Source: an uncultured Veillonellaceae bacterium (GTDB taxonomy: Bacteria > Bacillota > Negativicutes > JARBTT01). Taken from it: DNA of 64,000 nucleotides. Positions 50,410-61,096 of the stretch are shown piece by piece (within the stretch, counting starts at the first letter, position 1; each line of letters begins with the position of its first letter). The DNA lies in contig CAWDTA010000002.1 of NCBI GenBank assembly GCA_963805085.1, positions 1,591,478 to 1,655,477 of the forward strand, read 5' to 3'. The notes under the pieces are model-generated. The model was not told the origin of the DNA and searched no databases. It worked only from the letters and a program-made list of their open reading frames with translations. The position numbers were made by a program, and so were the translations under genes.

Positions 50410-51564
50410 TTAATAGGTCGGTTTAGTTATTACCCCTATCCTTTTTATACTAGAATGTACTTCGATTTCTACCTCAAGTTCAGGCAAAACTTTGCTCCAA
50501 TTTCCCTCTAAGTCTTTCCATTCCTTAGGATAGTCCCTGTGTATTGTTTCACCAAAGTCAAAGATATCTGTATTGAAGGTCGTTTGCGCTGCATATAAGG
50601 CTTTCTCCACTTCTTTCTTAATGATTTCATTTTCCATTTGTTCAAACTCTGCTAGTATTTCGGGATTTTTCATAGGATCAAAGTCTCCGGTCATATCCGC
50701 TATAGTTCCTGTATTGTGGATGATGATCTGTATTAGGGGCTTATTATCTTTCATGATAGGCTTTACCGTACTATGTGCAGAAACAAGCTTTATTGTTATC
50801 TTATCTTTATTAGATACCGGGATTATAATATTTCTCATTCTAACCTTATTTCGTATCCACTGAACGCCCCTTATTTCTTCTTCACCCATTATATATCCCG
50901 CAAATGTATCTTTTTTAAATACCGCAATTCCTATCATGTTAAATACTTTATCCTTTTGTTCATTTTCACGCAGACTAATAACTCCTGCCATGGGTGATGC
51001 CGTTTTGCTGCCTAATGATGTGAAAAATTCTATACTATTAATGACAGGGATATAGCCATAGCTTGATTGTAATTTTAATATGTCATTAATGGCATTCGCA
51101 GGAACCGGATCTTCTGGCGTTGTTGTTTTTATTATTTCAGCCGCCTTGCCATTTGTAACAAGGATGGCTATATTCGTGTGAATTTCATAGCTTCTTATAA
51201 TAAAATCAATAAGTTCAGCGACTCCTGCTTTTGCCATATCTTCACCGATTACGATAAATTTTACATGTGCTAATACTAACTTCTTACCTAATTGTTTTGA
51301 CAAATGTTCTAAGGCATCAGGTACGGTATTCCCGGTACTGGTTAATACTAGGACATCGGTTTGCTGCTTATCGCCCTTACCTTCACCAGAAGACTGTTTG
51401 GTTGTTTTTAATACCTGCGTAGATACCATATATTTACCATCCTCTGTAATATCAATACCAAAGGTTGTTGCTATAGCTAATTCCTCAATCTCAGTTTTTG
51501 ACCTACAACCTACGGATAAAAACATCATCATAAGAATGATAAAAAATGCAATTATTTTTTTCAT
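50410..51564 (-). CDS. Ger(x)C family germination lipoprotein
   Basis: Lipobox ..FLSVGC|RS. Then ..EIEELAIATTFGIDI.., typical of the GerxC N-terminus. Confidence 0.8.
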   Translation of the reverse strand: MKKIIAFFIILMMMFLSVGCRSKTEIEELAIATTFGIDITEDGKYMVSTQVLKTTKQSSGEGKGDKQQTDVLVLTSTGNTVPDALEHLSKQLGKKLVLAHVKFIVIGEDMAKAGVAELIDFIIRSYEIHTNIAILVTNGKAAEIIKTTTPEDPVPANAINDILKLQSSYGYIPVINSIEFFTSLGSKTASPMAGVISLRENEQKDKVFNMIGIAVFKKDTFAGYIMGEEEIRGVQWIRNKVRMRNIIIPVSNKDKITIKLVSAHSTVKPIMKDNKPLIQIIIHNTGTIADMTGDFDPMKNPEILAEFEQMENEIIKKEVEKALYAAQTTFNTDIFDFGETIHRDYPKEWKDLEGNWSKVLPELEVEIEVHSSIKRIGVITKPTY

Positions 51565-51596
51565 GGGGGACTCCTTTTCTTATTTCCCTAGATGGT

Positions 51597-53240
51597 TTAC
51601 CTTGGCTTTTTGCGTGTGGATTGATTTCTAGTAATAAGTTTTGAACGTTTCAGCACAGACCAAAAGGGTGCTCTTACCATAACGTCGGAAAGCTCATTTT
51701 TCATAAGAGGCGCCAATGGAGCCATATAGGGAACACCAAAAGATCGGGCAGATATCATATTCACAAACAAGATCATCATACCGCCGATAAGACCTAGCAT
51801 ACCTAAAGTTCCACCTAAGAATAGGAACATAAAGCGAGGCGTCATGAGATAAATATTCATCTCGGGAGTAGGTGTTGTTAAAGCAGCTATCGCTGAGAGA
51901 GCAACTACAATAACGGTAAGAGTGCTTACTAAGCCTGCCTCAACAGCGGCTTGACCTAACACCAGTGCACCAACAATACTTACAGCTGGTCCTATTACTC
52001 TTGGCATTCTAATACCCGCTTCTTTCAATATTGCATAGGCAAATAACATGGCAATGCATTCCCACATTACAGGAAGGGGAACTCCGGCCCGAGATTTTAT
52101 TAGGGTAGTGACTAAATCGTAGGGAATTAGTTCCTGATGAAAGGTTAATAACGCCACATAAAAGCCGGGAAGTGTGAGTGTCAGAAAAAATGCTATAGAC
52201 CGAATCCAGCGAGTCAGTGTGCCGGACATATATTTCAAGTAATAATCATCAGTCGCTTTCATAGAATCTACAAAAAGATAGGGAACAACTAACACAATAG
52301 GCGTTCCATCGGTGATAATAGCAACATAGCCTTCTACGAGTTTTCCAACTACAATATCTGGTCTCTCTGTGCGAAATATGGTGGGGAAAATAAAAAAAGG
52401 ACTGTCTTCGATATATTCTTCAATGTAGGTATTAGCTAGTACAGCATCAATATCAATTTTATTCAACCGTTCTCTTACCTCGTTAACGATTTTATCATGG
52501 GCAATGCCTTTGAGATAGCAGATACTAACATCTGTTTTGGTTTGCCTGCCAATCTGAAAAGGTTCAACTTTGAAGTTAATATTTTTAATTCTTTTTCTGA
52601 TTAAGCCGATATTTGTCTGTCTGGATTCAATAAATGCTTCTCGCGGACCACGTAGAGAAGTTTCAGTGTCTGGAATAGTGACACTTCTTGAAGGGGGATT
52701 TTTAAAATCAATTGTCAAGGCAGCATTGACACCATTGATAAATATGACGACTTTACTCTCTAATATCGCGTTGAGTGCCTCGTCCATTTTTTTGTAGATA
52801 TCCTCAGGGCGTATTCCAAGTAAATATTGCACATAGTCCTTGATATTAGGCATATGCGTAGTATCGGCAGGTTGACTAACTAATTTTTTTACAATGGCTT
52901 CTTCGAGGAGGTCTTGCTTTACCATTCCATCTAGATAGACAAGCATTGCACTATAGTCTTGATTACTGGTTATTTTAATTTCCCTTAGTATGATATCTGA
53001 GCAGTTTTTAAATATATTTCTTATATATTGTTCATTCGCTTTTAATTTAGGTAATACGGATTGAGCTTCGATTTCCGAAGATCGTAATTGCTCGCTGTCA
53101 GAGATGCTATTTTCCTTAGTATCAGTACTACCTGTCATTAAATTTTTCAATGATTCTAGTATGGAGCTGCTTTTTGAGTTGGAATCTGGCGGTTCACTAG
53201 CTGAAGTTTTTTCATGATGAGGAAGCCTTTTTTTTGTCAT
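51597..53240 (-). CDS. spore germination receptor A subunit (GerAA/GerKA family)
   Basis: Soluble N-terminal domain plus a C-terminal TM bundle. ..DYSAMLVYLDGMV.., ..GPREAFIES.. motifs. AAGGGGGAG RBS favours the MTKK start. Confidence 0.85.
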   Translation of the reverse strand: MTKKRLPHHEKTSASEPPDSNSKSSSILESLKNLMTGSTDTKENSISDSEQLRSSEIEAQSVLPKLKANEQYIRNIFKNCSDIILREIKITSNQDYSAMLVYLDGMVKQDLLEEAIVKKLVSQPADTTHMPNIKDYVQYLLGIRPEDIYKKMDEALNAILESKVVIFINGVNAALTIDFKNPPSRSVTIPDTETSLRGPREAFIESRQTNIGLIRKRIKNINFKVEPFQIGRQTKTDVSICYLKGIAHDKIVNEVRERLNKIDIDAVLANTYIEEYIEDSPFFIFPTIFRTERPDIVVGKLVEGYVAIITDGTPIVLVVPYLFVDSMKATDDYYLKYMSGTLTRWIRSIAFFLTLTLPGFYVALLTFHQELIPYDLVTTLIKSRAGVPLPVMWECIAMLFAYAILKEAGIRMPRVIGPAVSIVGALVLGQAAVEAGLVSTLTVIVVALSAIAALTTPTPEMNIYLMTPRFMFLFLGGTLGMLGLIGGMMILFVNMISARSFGVPYMAPLAPLMKNELSDVMVRAPFWSVLKRSKLITRNQSTRKKPR

Positions 53241-53637
53241 AATTCTCCCCCTTCTCTTGTTAATCAATCAATAGAAAAGATATTTCATAGTATTTACATA
53301 GAATTCAAAAATAATCTTTCGCTAAATCTATTTAAAGCCCAAAATGATCACCAAGGTACAATAATCATACAAAATATTAGCTAGGGCGTTGTTTTTTTTT
53401 TAAGAAATGATATAATTTTCTAAAAGATATAGGTTGGCGCCTCGAATATATGCTGGGAGGTATCAGTGGTAGCATTGTCGCAATCTAGATGTGGAATTTT
53501 GAACTATGATCATATCCAGTTATTCTTTATTACCCGGATGATACTTGCTTTAAAGGAATGGTGATAGTATAGAGATGATGATGAATCGAAAAATCGTAGA
53601 TGAGCCTAAAAAAGCAATAAAGAGGCTGGAGGCTTCA

Positions 53638-55410
53638 ATGAAAAAAGTTGTAGCAAAAAGCATTTTAGCTACAACTTTTTTCTTTATTATTCTTAGCATG
53701 TTGCAACCTGCTTATTGTGTGGCTAATGACGGCGTAATTAATAAGAAAGTCCTTATCATTGATTCGTTTAATCAGGACTTACCTATTAGTAAGATATTTT
53801 TAAAAGGGGTACAAGATGAACTTGCACAGCAAGCTAACTTAAAAATAAATTATTATTATGAATACCTTGATCAAGAAAATCTAAAATATTTGCCTAAATA
53901 CTTGCAAGAAAAATATTTCAATCAAAGACCAGATTTAATTATAGTGCACAGAGAGGCAGCCTTCGAGTTTATGCTGAAGCATACTGAAGTCGTTTTTCCG
54001 GGGGTACCCGTCATTTGTGCTGGGGACACAAGAGAAAAATATAACAATGAAGTATTCCCACCAAATTTTATGCAAGTCTTGGGAAGTGTGGATATTGCTG
54101 AGTCGTTTCGAGTATTACTCAAAACAAGACCAACAACCAAGAAAATTTATGTTGTGATTGGTGCTTCGGATTTAGAAAGAGGAATGAAGTCTAAATTACG
54201 TGAGAATTTAGCTCAATTTTCTGGGCAAGTTGAGATCATCTATCTTGACAATCTTACTGTCCCTGAGATGCTAGACAAAGTAAGTACGATCACTGGTGAT
54301 GCTGCCATTATGTATTTTTTTGCTTTCAAAGATGTGGCAGAAACAAGTTATTTGCCAAGAGAATTAATGAATATGATCTATGCTAGGGCCAAAGTTCCCA
54401 TTTATACAACCGCGGGCAGTTACCTCGGCAGTGGCATCGTCGGCGGATATTTATTCAATGGGGAATTACTAGGAAAAAAAGTAGCGGACTTAGGCCTTGG
54501 CATTTTACAAGGAGAAAAGTCACTTCCTTCTGGTGTTGAAATTTTCCCGTCAGCAGAATATGTTTTTGATTGGCGGGAGTTAAAGCGTTGGGATATTGAT
54601 CCAAACTATCTGCCTTATGGCAGTAAGGTGAAGTTTAGCGAACCTAGTTTATGGGATTTATATCGAGGGTATGTGATTGGTACTATCGTCGTTTTGGTAT
54701 TGCAAGCAATGTTGATCTTTGGGCTATTAACGAATCGCAGAAAGCGTAAGAAGGCTGAGGCTATCCTAGAAAAAATGAATGCAAATTTGGAAGCTATGGT
54801 TATGGAACGGACGCAGGAGCTAGAAGCTGCAAATAAAGAACTGAGGGCGGCAAAGGAACGGCAAGAAGATTTAATTAGTGTTCTGAGCCAGTTAAATAGA
54901 CATTTGGATTTTACTTCCAGAACAGATGCGTTGACAGGCCTTTTTAATAGGCGTCATATGACCGAGAAAGTTGAGGCTGAGTTTGAACGGTTTCATCGGA
55001 CGGGGAGAACCTTCGCAGTAGTTATTGGCGATGTTGACCATTTTAAGCAGGTGAATGATACGTATGGTCATAATAGTGGAGATTTTTTATTGCGAATTGT
55101 GGCAGACGAGCTTCGTAATGCAGTACGTGCGTATGATACTGTTTCTAGGTGGGGTGGCGAAGAATTTTTGTGTTTGTTGCCGGAAACGGATATTGATACA
55201 GCATTGAAGGTCGCGGAAAGAATGCGAAGTATGATAGTAAATAAAAGCTTTGTCTGGGAGGGTTTGTCCATACCAATTAGTATGACCTTTGGTGTGACCA
55301 TAGCTAATACTGGTGATACAATGGAGCGAGTAATCGATCGAGCCGATCAAGCACTCTACAAGGGAAAAGAAAGCGGAAGAAATAAAGTAGTATTAGCCGA
55401 CGGTGTCTAA
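53638..55410 (+). CDS. diguanylate cyclase with a periplasmic ABC-substrate-binding-like sensor domain
   Basis: Signal/TM segment, periplasmic domain, second TM segment, coiled coil. GGDEF domain with RWGGEEF active site and an RxxD-type I-site context. GGAGG RBS at ATG 53638. Confidence 0.85.
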   Translation: MKKVVAKSILATTFFFIILSMLQPAYCVANDGVINKKVLIIDSFNQDLPISKIFLKGVQDELAQQANLKINYYYEYLDQENLKYLPKYLQEKYFNQRPDLIIVHREAAFEFMLKHTEVVFPGVPVICAGDTREKYNNEVFPPNFMQVLGSVDIAESFRVLLKTRPTTKKIYVVIGASDLERGMKSKLRENLAQFSGQVEIIYLDNLTVPEMLDKVSTITGDAAIMYFFAFKDVAETSYLPRELMNMIYARAKVPIYTTAGSYLGSGIVGGYLFNGELLGKKVADLGLGILQGEKSLPSGVEIFPSAEYVFDWRELKRWDIDPNYLPYGSKVKFSEPSLWDLYRGYVIGTIVVLVLQAMLIFGLLTNRRKRKKAEAILEKMNANLEAMVMERTQELEAANKELRAAKERQEDLISVLSQLNRHLDFTSRTDALTGLFNRRHMTEKVEAEFERFHRTGRTFAVVIGDVDHFKQVNDTYGHNSGDFLLRIVADELRNAVRAYDTVSRWGGEEFLCLLPETDIDTALKVAERMRSMIVNKSFVWEGLSIPISMTFGVTIANTGDTMERVIDRADQALYKGKESGRNKVVLADGV

Positions 55411-55499
55411 CCTATTTATATATCCCTCATCGTGGTATAATTCATTTGAATTGTTAGAGAAGTATAGAATGATCAATTTATGAGCTAGGAGTTGTATGA

Positions 55500-56627
55500 A
55501 TGAATCCAATTATCAAAAGGAGTCTACGCCTTTATTTAGCGTTGATAGTAGCCATTTGCTTAGTCAGTCTTTTTTCAATGAGTACATCGTGGGCGAGTGT
55601 CTTCAAGCATGCGACGCTTGCGGATATTACGCTGTATGGAACTGGTGGCGTTAAGCTTACGCCGGCATTTTCTGCCGAACAAACAAAATACAGAGTAAGT
55701 GTCAATAGTGATATTACAAATCTGCTGATTCGAGCAACCATGGCAGAAGCAGATGCGATGAAAATTAATGGTCAAGATGTAAAGACGGGTGACGATTATA
55801 ATGCAAAATTGGGAGTAGGCAAGAATAAATTTGAGTTGACGGTTACGGCACAGAGCGGTGCAACGAATACGTATACGATTTATGTCAAGCGGGAAAATAT
55901 CAAGCCTGTTATTGATAAGTTTTTGAAACTGAACTATACAGATTCTGCTACGGGGCAAACGATGCCGTATCGTTTGTTCGTACCTGAAAACTACGATGCG
56001 AGCAAAGCATATCCGTTGGTGTTGTTTCTACATGGTTCAGGAGAGCGCGGCGATGACAATGAAGCGCAGCTAACTGCTAACCAGGGGGCAACAATCTGGG
56101 CAAAACCTGATGAACAAGCGAAACATCCGTGTTTTGTTTTAGCGCCACAAGCACATAGTGGCGCTGGTTTTGATTTGAGAGAAGATGAGGGCGACAGTGA
56201 GTTAGAAATTTCAGATGACCTTACGATGGCATTAAAAATTATAGATCAAGTAAGCGCAAAGTATACGATAGATAAAAGACGTCTTTATGCAACGGGCGTG
56301 TCACAAGGCGGCTTTGGTGTATGGAACGCTAATGAAGCGTATCCTAAATTATTTGCAGCGATAGTTCCGGTTTGCAGCGGCGGCAATTTGCAATTTGCTT
56401 CGAGGTTAGTGGATAAACCGATCTGGGCATTTCATGCCGAGGGTGATCCTGTAGTTCCAGTAAAATATAGTAGGAATATGATCAATGCTATCAGAAATGC
56501 CGGCGGGAAGCCGATGTATTCGGAGTTTCCGAGAGAAATGTTTATCAAACCGATGGGACATTATTCTTGGGTATTAGCGTACCAAACTTCGGAGATGAGA
56601 GATTGGTTATTCAAACAAAAGCAATAA
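55500..56627 (+). CDS. secreted esterase: cadherin-like beta-sandwich domain plus alpha/beta hydrolase
   Basis: Signal peptide ..STSWASV. ..LADITLYG..LTPAFSAEQTKYRVSV.. (cadherin-like). LVLFLHGSGERGDDN and GVSQGGFG nucleophile elbow. Confidence 0.7.
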   Translation: MNPIIKRSLRLYLALIVAICLVSLFSMSTSWASVFKHATLADITLYGTGGVKLTPAFSAEQTKYRVSVNSDITNLLIRATMAEADAMKINGQDVKTGDDYNAKLGVGKNKFELTVTAQSGATNTYTIYVKRENIKPVIDKFLKLNYTDSATGQTMPYRLFVPENYDASKAYPLVLFLHGSGERGDDNEAQLTANQGATIWAKPDEQAKHPCFVLAPQAHSGAGFDLREDEGDSELEISDDLTMALKIIDQVSAKYTIDKRRLYATGVSQGGFGVWNANEAYPKLFAAIVPVCSGGNLQFASRLVDKPIWAFHAEGDPVVPVKYSRNMINAIRNAGGKPMYSEFPREMFIKPMGHYSWVLAYQTSEMRDWLFKQKQ

Positions 56628-56696
56628 GCCAAAATTTTCGTAACCTGTAATTTAGTAATATAGTATAGTCAAACATAGAGGGGAAAAAGATATTGT

Positions 56697-57842
56697 ATGA
56701 GTACTAGTGTGTTAACAGAGCGAGGTTTTGCCGAAACTATTGCCGAAAATGGCGGGCGGGTATTTAGAGTCGGCGGCTGTGTCCGTGATCAGTTTATGGG
56801 GGTAACGGCAAAAGACATTGATTTTAGCGTAGTGGGGATGGTAAAGAAGAATTTTAAAGAACTGTTTCCTGAGGCGCAGGAGATTGGTAAATCTTTTCCT
56901 GTTTTTCTTTTAAAAATAGATGGCGTGAAGCGTGAAGTTGCTTTTGCGAGAACCGAGAAAAAAATAGGCCCTGGCTACAAAGGATTCAGAGTGTCAGCTA
57001 AGCCTAAGATTACGATTGAAGAAGATCTTTTTCGTCGCGATACTACAGTGAACTCGATGGCTGAGGACTGTTTAACAGGTGAAGTTATTGATCCTTTTGG
57101 TGGACGAGCCGATATAGAAGCAAAGGTACTTAGAGCGACGAGTGAACATTTTTCGGATGATCCTATGCGGGCGTTACGGCTGGCCGGGCATGCGGCTCGC
57201 TTTGACTTTGCAATAGATATTGCTACGTTGCCACAGATGAGAGCGACGAACGTAGAATTGGCCGAGGAGCCTGTAGAACGCATGGTGGCGGAGCTTGGCA
57301 AGGTGTTACCAGAAGCGAAGCAGCCAGGACGCTTTTTTAGAGTTCTAGGACAGACAAAGTTATTATCGGTTACCTTTCATGAGTTGGCAGCTTTACCAAC
57401 TGAAGCGTTTGCTAAAGCAATGGAACGGCTAGATGCAGTGGCAAACGTTACGAAGGATGCCAAACTTCGCTTTGCTGCTTTAGGAACGGTATTGACTAAG
57501 GAAATGTTAACCGCGTGGAATAAGCGCATGACCTTGCCTGGCGATTGGTTAGATGCAGCGATTACAGTCAGTGAATCCATAGTCTTTTTAGAACAGCTCA
57601 CCGCCGATAAAGTTGTTGATACCATGAACAAATTAAGACGTGGTTCCCTGAATCTAGAGGAGTTTGACCTCATTACGCAAGCTACTGGGGTAAAAATCCC
57701 GCAATTAGGTCCAATGAAAGCGGTAATGGCCTTGGCAAAAGGTGAGGCGGTACCTAAGTCTTTGCAGGGCAAAGAAATCGGTGAGTGGCTAAAGAGAAAG
57801 CAGGTTGAAACATTAGCGAAACATTTGAATTTGAGAGGCTAA
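56697..57842 (+). CDS. tRNA nucleotidyltransferase / poly(A) polymerase family protein (CCA-adding-like)
   Basis: GGCVRDQFMG..KDIDF head-domain motif and the downstream RRDTTVNSMA motif. Confidence 0.75.
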   Translation: MSTSVLTERGFAETIAENGGRVFRVGGCVRDQFMGVTAKDIDFSVVGMVKKNFKELFPEAQEIGKSFPVFLLKIDGVKREVAFARTEKKIGPGYKGFRVSAKPKITIEEDLFRRDTTVNSMAEDCLTGEVIDPFGGRADIEAKVLRATSEHFSDDPMRALRLAGHAARFDFAIDIATLPQMRATNVELAEEPVERMVAELGKVLPEAKQPGRFFRVLGQTKLLSVTFHELAALPTEAFAKAMERLDAVANVTKDAKLRFAALGTVLTKEMLTAWNKRMTLPGDWLDAAITVSESIVFLEQLTADKVVDTMNKLRRGSLNLEEFDLITQATGVKIPQLGPMKAVMALAKGEAVPKSLQGKEIGEWLKRKQVETLAKHLNLRG

Positions 57843-57978
57843 TGGATGGCTCTTTTGTCTAGAATAGATTGATTTAGTATGGTGGTATATGGAGAGATTG
57901 TTAACATATAACCCAGAAGCATATTTGTGCACGGTTTTGTATTGTCTAATAGAATTAAAAACCAAGGAAAGATGAGTT

Positions 57979-58686
57979 ATGAAAGAATCAAGCATATCGG
58001 GAGCGATAACGAGTATCGCTCGTATTCACACGGAGTTTCCGATGAAATTTGGTGTTCCGCGGCAAAGTGGGCTTGTGCCACTCGGAGCGACGATTATATT
58101 TGAACCGCCATATCGTGATTTTAGTGCGGTTCGGGGCTTAGAAGGATTTTCGCATATGTGGCTGATCTGGCAGTTTTCAGAAGCAGTAGGCAGTAAATAT
58201 TCTCTTACGGTTCGTCCGCCACGTTTGGGTGGCAATACACGGATGGGAGTATTCGCTACACGTTCTCCTTTTAGACCAAACCATCTAGGTCTTTCTTCCG
58301 TTAAACTGGAACGGATTGAAAAACATCCGAATTTGGGGCCGATTCTGCATGTATCGGGTGCCGATATGATCGATCAAACGCCGATTTTTGATATTAAACC
58401 ATATCTGCCGTTTACAGATAGTCATCCAGATGCGATAGCCGGGTTTGCTGGTCCTCTCGTAGATTATAAACTGCAAGTCATTTTCCCTGAAAAATGGCTC
58501 GCGCTCATACCAGAGTATTTAAGGCAGGGATTATATAGTGTGTTAGAACAAGATCCTCGTCCGGCCTATGTGCAAGATCCTGCCCGTGTTTTTGGAATTC
58601 CTTTCGCCGAGTTTGATATTCGTTTCACAGTGGAAAATGGTATCCTAACAGTTTTGCATATAGAATGTCTTGATAAAAATAAGTAA
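57979..58686 (+). CDS. trmO: tRNA (m6t6A37) methyltransferase TrmO/TsaA family
   Basis: ..FGVPRQSG.., ..FSHMWLIWQF.., ..RSPFRPNHLGLSSVKL.. motifs of the YaeB/TsaA family. Confidence 0.8.
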   Translation: MKESSISGAITSIARIHTEFPMKFGVPRQSGLVPLGATIIFEPPYRDFSAVRGLEGFSHMWLIWQFSEAVGSKYSLTVRPPRLGGNTRMGVFATRSPFRPNHLGLSSVKLERIEKHPNLGPILHVSGADMIDQTPIFDIKPYLPFTDSHPDAIAGFAGPLVDYKLQVIFPEKWLALIPEYLRQGLYSVLEQDPRPAYVQDPARVFGIPFAEFDIRFTVENGILTVLHIECLDKNK

Positions 58687-58691
58687 TATGC

Positions 58692-58742
58692 GAAAGAGAG
58701 CAAAGTAACGCATGAGATTACTTTGTTCTCTTTCTCGTTTTG
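58692..58742 (+). terminator. rho-independent terminator
   Basis: GAAAGAGAGCAAAGTAA / TTACTTTGTTCTCTTTC stem followed by TCGTTTT. Confidence 0.8.
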
Positions 58743-58855
58743 CAGGAATTTTGAGTTTTATAGTAAATATTAAAAGTTAAAGCTTTTTGGATTTAAAAAA
58801 GATTTATAGTTGACTTTACATTTAACTGATACATAAATAATTTAGGAGAAAGATT

Positions 58856-60799
58856 ATGAAACCTAAAATTGGAGTAATTTCACCATCTAGCACATTAACG
58901 CAGTTAATACAGAAAATTGTAGATCAAAGAAATTTATCTTTTATAATTAAACAGGCTTCACAAGAGGATGCTTTAAGCATTGCTCAAAATCTTATTGATG
59001 AGGGGATAACTGTAATCATAAGTCGTGGAAATACTGCACAGATGTTACGTAGTCACGTAGATATTCCAATTGTCGAAGTACAGCATACATTTTTTGATTG
59101 TTATTTTTCTTATCAAAAAGCTCGTCTTATTTCTGATAAAATTGCTTTTTTAGCAACCTCAGAAGGTTACATAAAAATTCTAAATAAATCTAAACCGTTT
59201 TTAGAAGATGTATTAATATATCCTATCAATCCATTATTAGGTAAAGATGCTACGCAGAAAAAGATAGATGAATTAATATCTATGGGAATAAAAGTGGCAA
59301 TTGGGGGACTTTCTCTTGAAAAAGAAGTAATAAAACACGGCATTGACTATATCATGACAACGGCTGATGAAGATTCAATAAACGATGCTATTAATGCAGC
59401 ACTTCATTTATTAAAAGTTGAACACGAAAAGACGCGAAAAAGTTTAGAATTGCAAAGCCGTTATGAATTGATACGGGCTATTTTGAACTGTGTATCAGAA
59501 GGCATTGTCAGTATTGATCGTGATGGACTTGTTACAAATATAAACGGAAATGCCAGTAGATTCTTGGAACCGTTACATTGTGGACAACATATTGATCATG
59601 TTATAAAAAAAAGTTATTTTTCTGATGTGTTAAAAAAAGGTGAATCTGTTCGTGGCGCTTTACTTACGATAAAAAACCATTCGCTTATCCTAAATATTGA
59701 TCCCATCAAATTAAATCAACAAGTGCTCGGCGCTGTTGCAACTTTGCAAAAACAAGCGGAAATTCAAAATATAGAACATAAAATGCGCCGCTTGCTCGTC
59801 CAAAAGCATGTTGCTGATAAAACGTTTGCCGATATTATTGGTTCTAGCCCAGCGATTCAAGCAGCAAAAAAATTGGCAATTAAATATGCGGCTGTAGACA
59901 GTACAACCATGATTGTTGGTAACACAGGAACAGGAAAAGAATTATTTGCGCAAAGTATTCACAATGCTTCTAATCGACGTCGCGCCCCATTTGTGGCGAT
60001 AAACTGTGCTGCATTTCCGCCAAGTGTCCTAGAAAGTGAGTTGTTTGGCTATGTTAAAGGAGCCTTTACGGGAGCTCTTAATGAAGGCAAACCAGGCGTG
60101 TTCGAACTTGCCCATATGGGAACCATTTTTTTGGATGAAATTAGTGAGACCTCATTGGATGTACAGTTAAAACTTTTACGAGTTATCCAAGAAAGAAAAG
60201 TCATTCGCATTGGTGACGACAAAGTAACGCCAGTTGATATACGTATTATTACCTCAAGCAACAAAGATTTGAATAACTTAGTAAAAGAAGGATTGTTTCG
60301 TGAAGATTTTTTCTACAGGATATGCGTATTAAAATTGTGTCTTCCATCGCTAAATGAACGCCGTGAAGATATTCCAGAACTTATACGATATTTTCTAAAA
60401 AATCCTCACTTACCTACTTGTGATATTACAGATGAAGCTTTGGAGCTGCTATCCATGTGTGAGTGGCGCGGAAATATCCGTCAACTTGGTAATATTGTTG
60501 AACGGTTAGCTGTAATGTGCGACGATGGCATCGTCAATAAAAATTTGGTGCAAGAAGTTGCAGATGATATATCTTTTAAGAACGACGAAGATTTTGTTCC
60601 TGCTGCGTTAACTACATCCACCCCGAAGGGAACTCTGACCGAAAAAGAATTTATTTACCAAATATTATGTGAAGTGAATGGAAACAGAACAAAGGCAGCA
60701 AAACGGTTAGGAATTAGCATAACAACACTATGGCGAAAAATGAAGAAATATATGAAAGAAGATTCCCATTGCTTTGATTTAATAAAATATAACAGATAA
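58856..60799 (+). CDS. sigma-54-dependent transcriptional activator with PrpR-type N-terminal domain, PAS, AAA+ and Fis-type HTH
   Basis: PrpR_N-like MKPKIGVISPS...VIISRGNTA. Walker A GNTGTGKE. GAFTGA sigma-54 contact loop. C-terminal ..NRTKAAKRLGISITTLWRKMKK. Confidence 0.9.
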   Translation: MKPKIGVISPSSTLTQLIQKIVDQRNLSFIIKQASQEDALSIAQNLIDEGITVIISRGNTAQMLRSHVDIPIVEVQHTFFDCYFSYQKARLISDKIAFLATSEGYIKILNKSKPFLEDVLIYPINPLLGKDATQKKIDELISMGIKVAIGGLSLEKEVIKHGIDYIMTTADEDSINDAINAALHLLKVEHEKTRKSLELQSRYELIRAILNCVSEGIVSIDRDGLVTNINGNASRFLEPLHCGQHIDHVIKKSYFSDVLKKGESVRGALLTIKNHSLILNIDPIKLNQQVLGAVATLQKQAEIQNIEHKMRRLLVQKHVADKTFADIIGSSPAIQAAKKLAIKYAAVDSTTMIVGNTGTGKELFAQSIHNASNRRRAPFVAINCAAFPPSVLESELFGYVKGAFTGALNEGKPGVFELAHMGTIFLDEISETSLDVQLKLLRVIQERKVIRIGDDKVTPVDIRIITSSNKDLNNLVKEGLFREDFFYRICVLKLCLPSLNERREDIPELIRYFLKNPHLPTCDITDEALELLSMCEWRGNIRQLGNIVERLAVMCDDGIVNKNLVQEVADDISFKNDEDFVPAALTTSTPKGTLTEKEFIYQILCEVNGNRTKAAKRLGISITTLWRKMKKYMKEDSHCFDLIKYNR

Positions 60800-60995
60800 A
60801 AGATTGTCTTGAAAAATTACGAAGTGAGCCTTGCAATTGATTTCAATAATGAAAAAATATGCAAAGGATCGCAATGTCCTGAAAAGTAATTTATCACGTA
60901 TATTTTCGGTATATTGCAAAAATTCAATCAATATATAATGATTTATAAAATATGAATTGGATTTGCATCAGAGATTTATTAGAGTATTAATCAAA

Positions 60996-61028
60996 GAAAA
61001 GCTGATTCTTGCACAGAATCAGCTTTTC
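60996..61028. promoter_or_regulatory. perfect 14-bp inverted repeat just upstream of the sigma-54 promoter (terminator or binding site)
   Basis: GAAAAGCTGATTCT-TGCAC-AGAATCAGCTTTTC ends 14 nt before the -24 element. Confidence 0.45.
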
Positions 61029-61042
61029 TTACTTATGAAGGC

Positions 61043-61058
61043 TGGCACACTTCTTGCA
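61043..61058 (+). promoter_or_regulatory. sigma-54 (-24/-12) promoter
   Basis: TGGCAC-N5-TTGCA (TGGCACACTTCTTGCA) matches the consensus exactly. It lies 38 nt upstream of ATG 61097. Confidence 0.85.
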
Positions 61059-61096
61059 TTTAAAATAGGCATAAACAATAAAAAGGGGGAACAGTC

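Noticed and set aside
53241-53340. A forespore (sigma-G-type) promoter upstream of the gerA-like operon.
   Set aside because: An ATACTA-like -10 element is present, but I could not place a matching -35 at the correct spacing.
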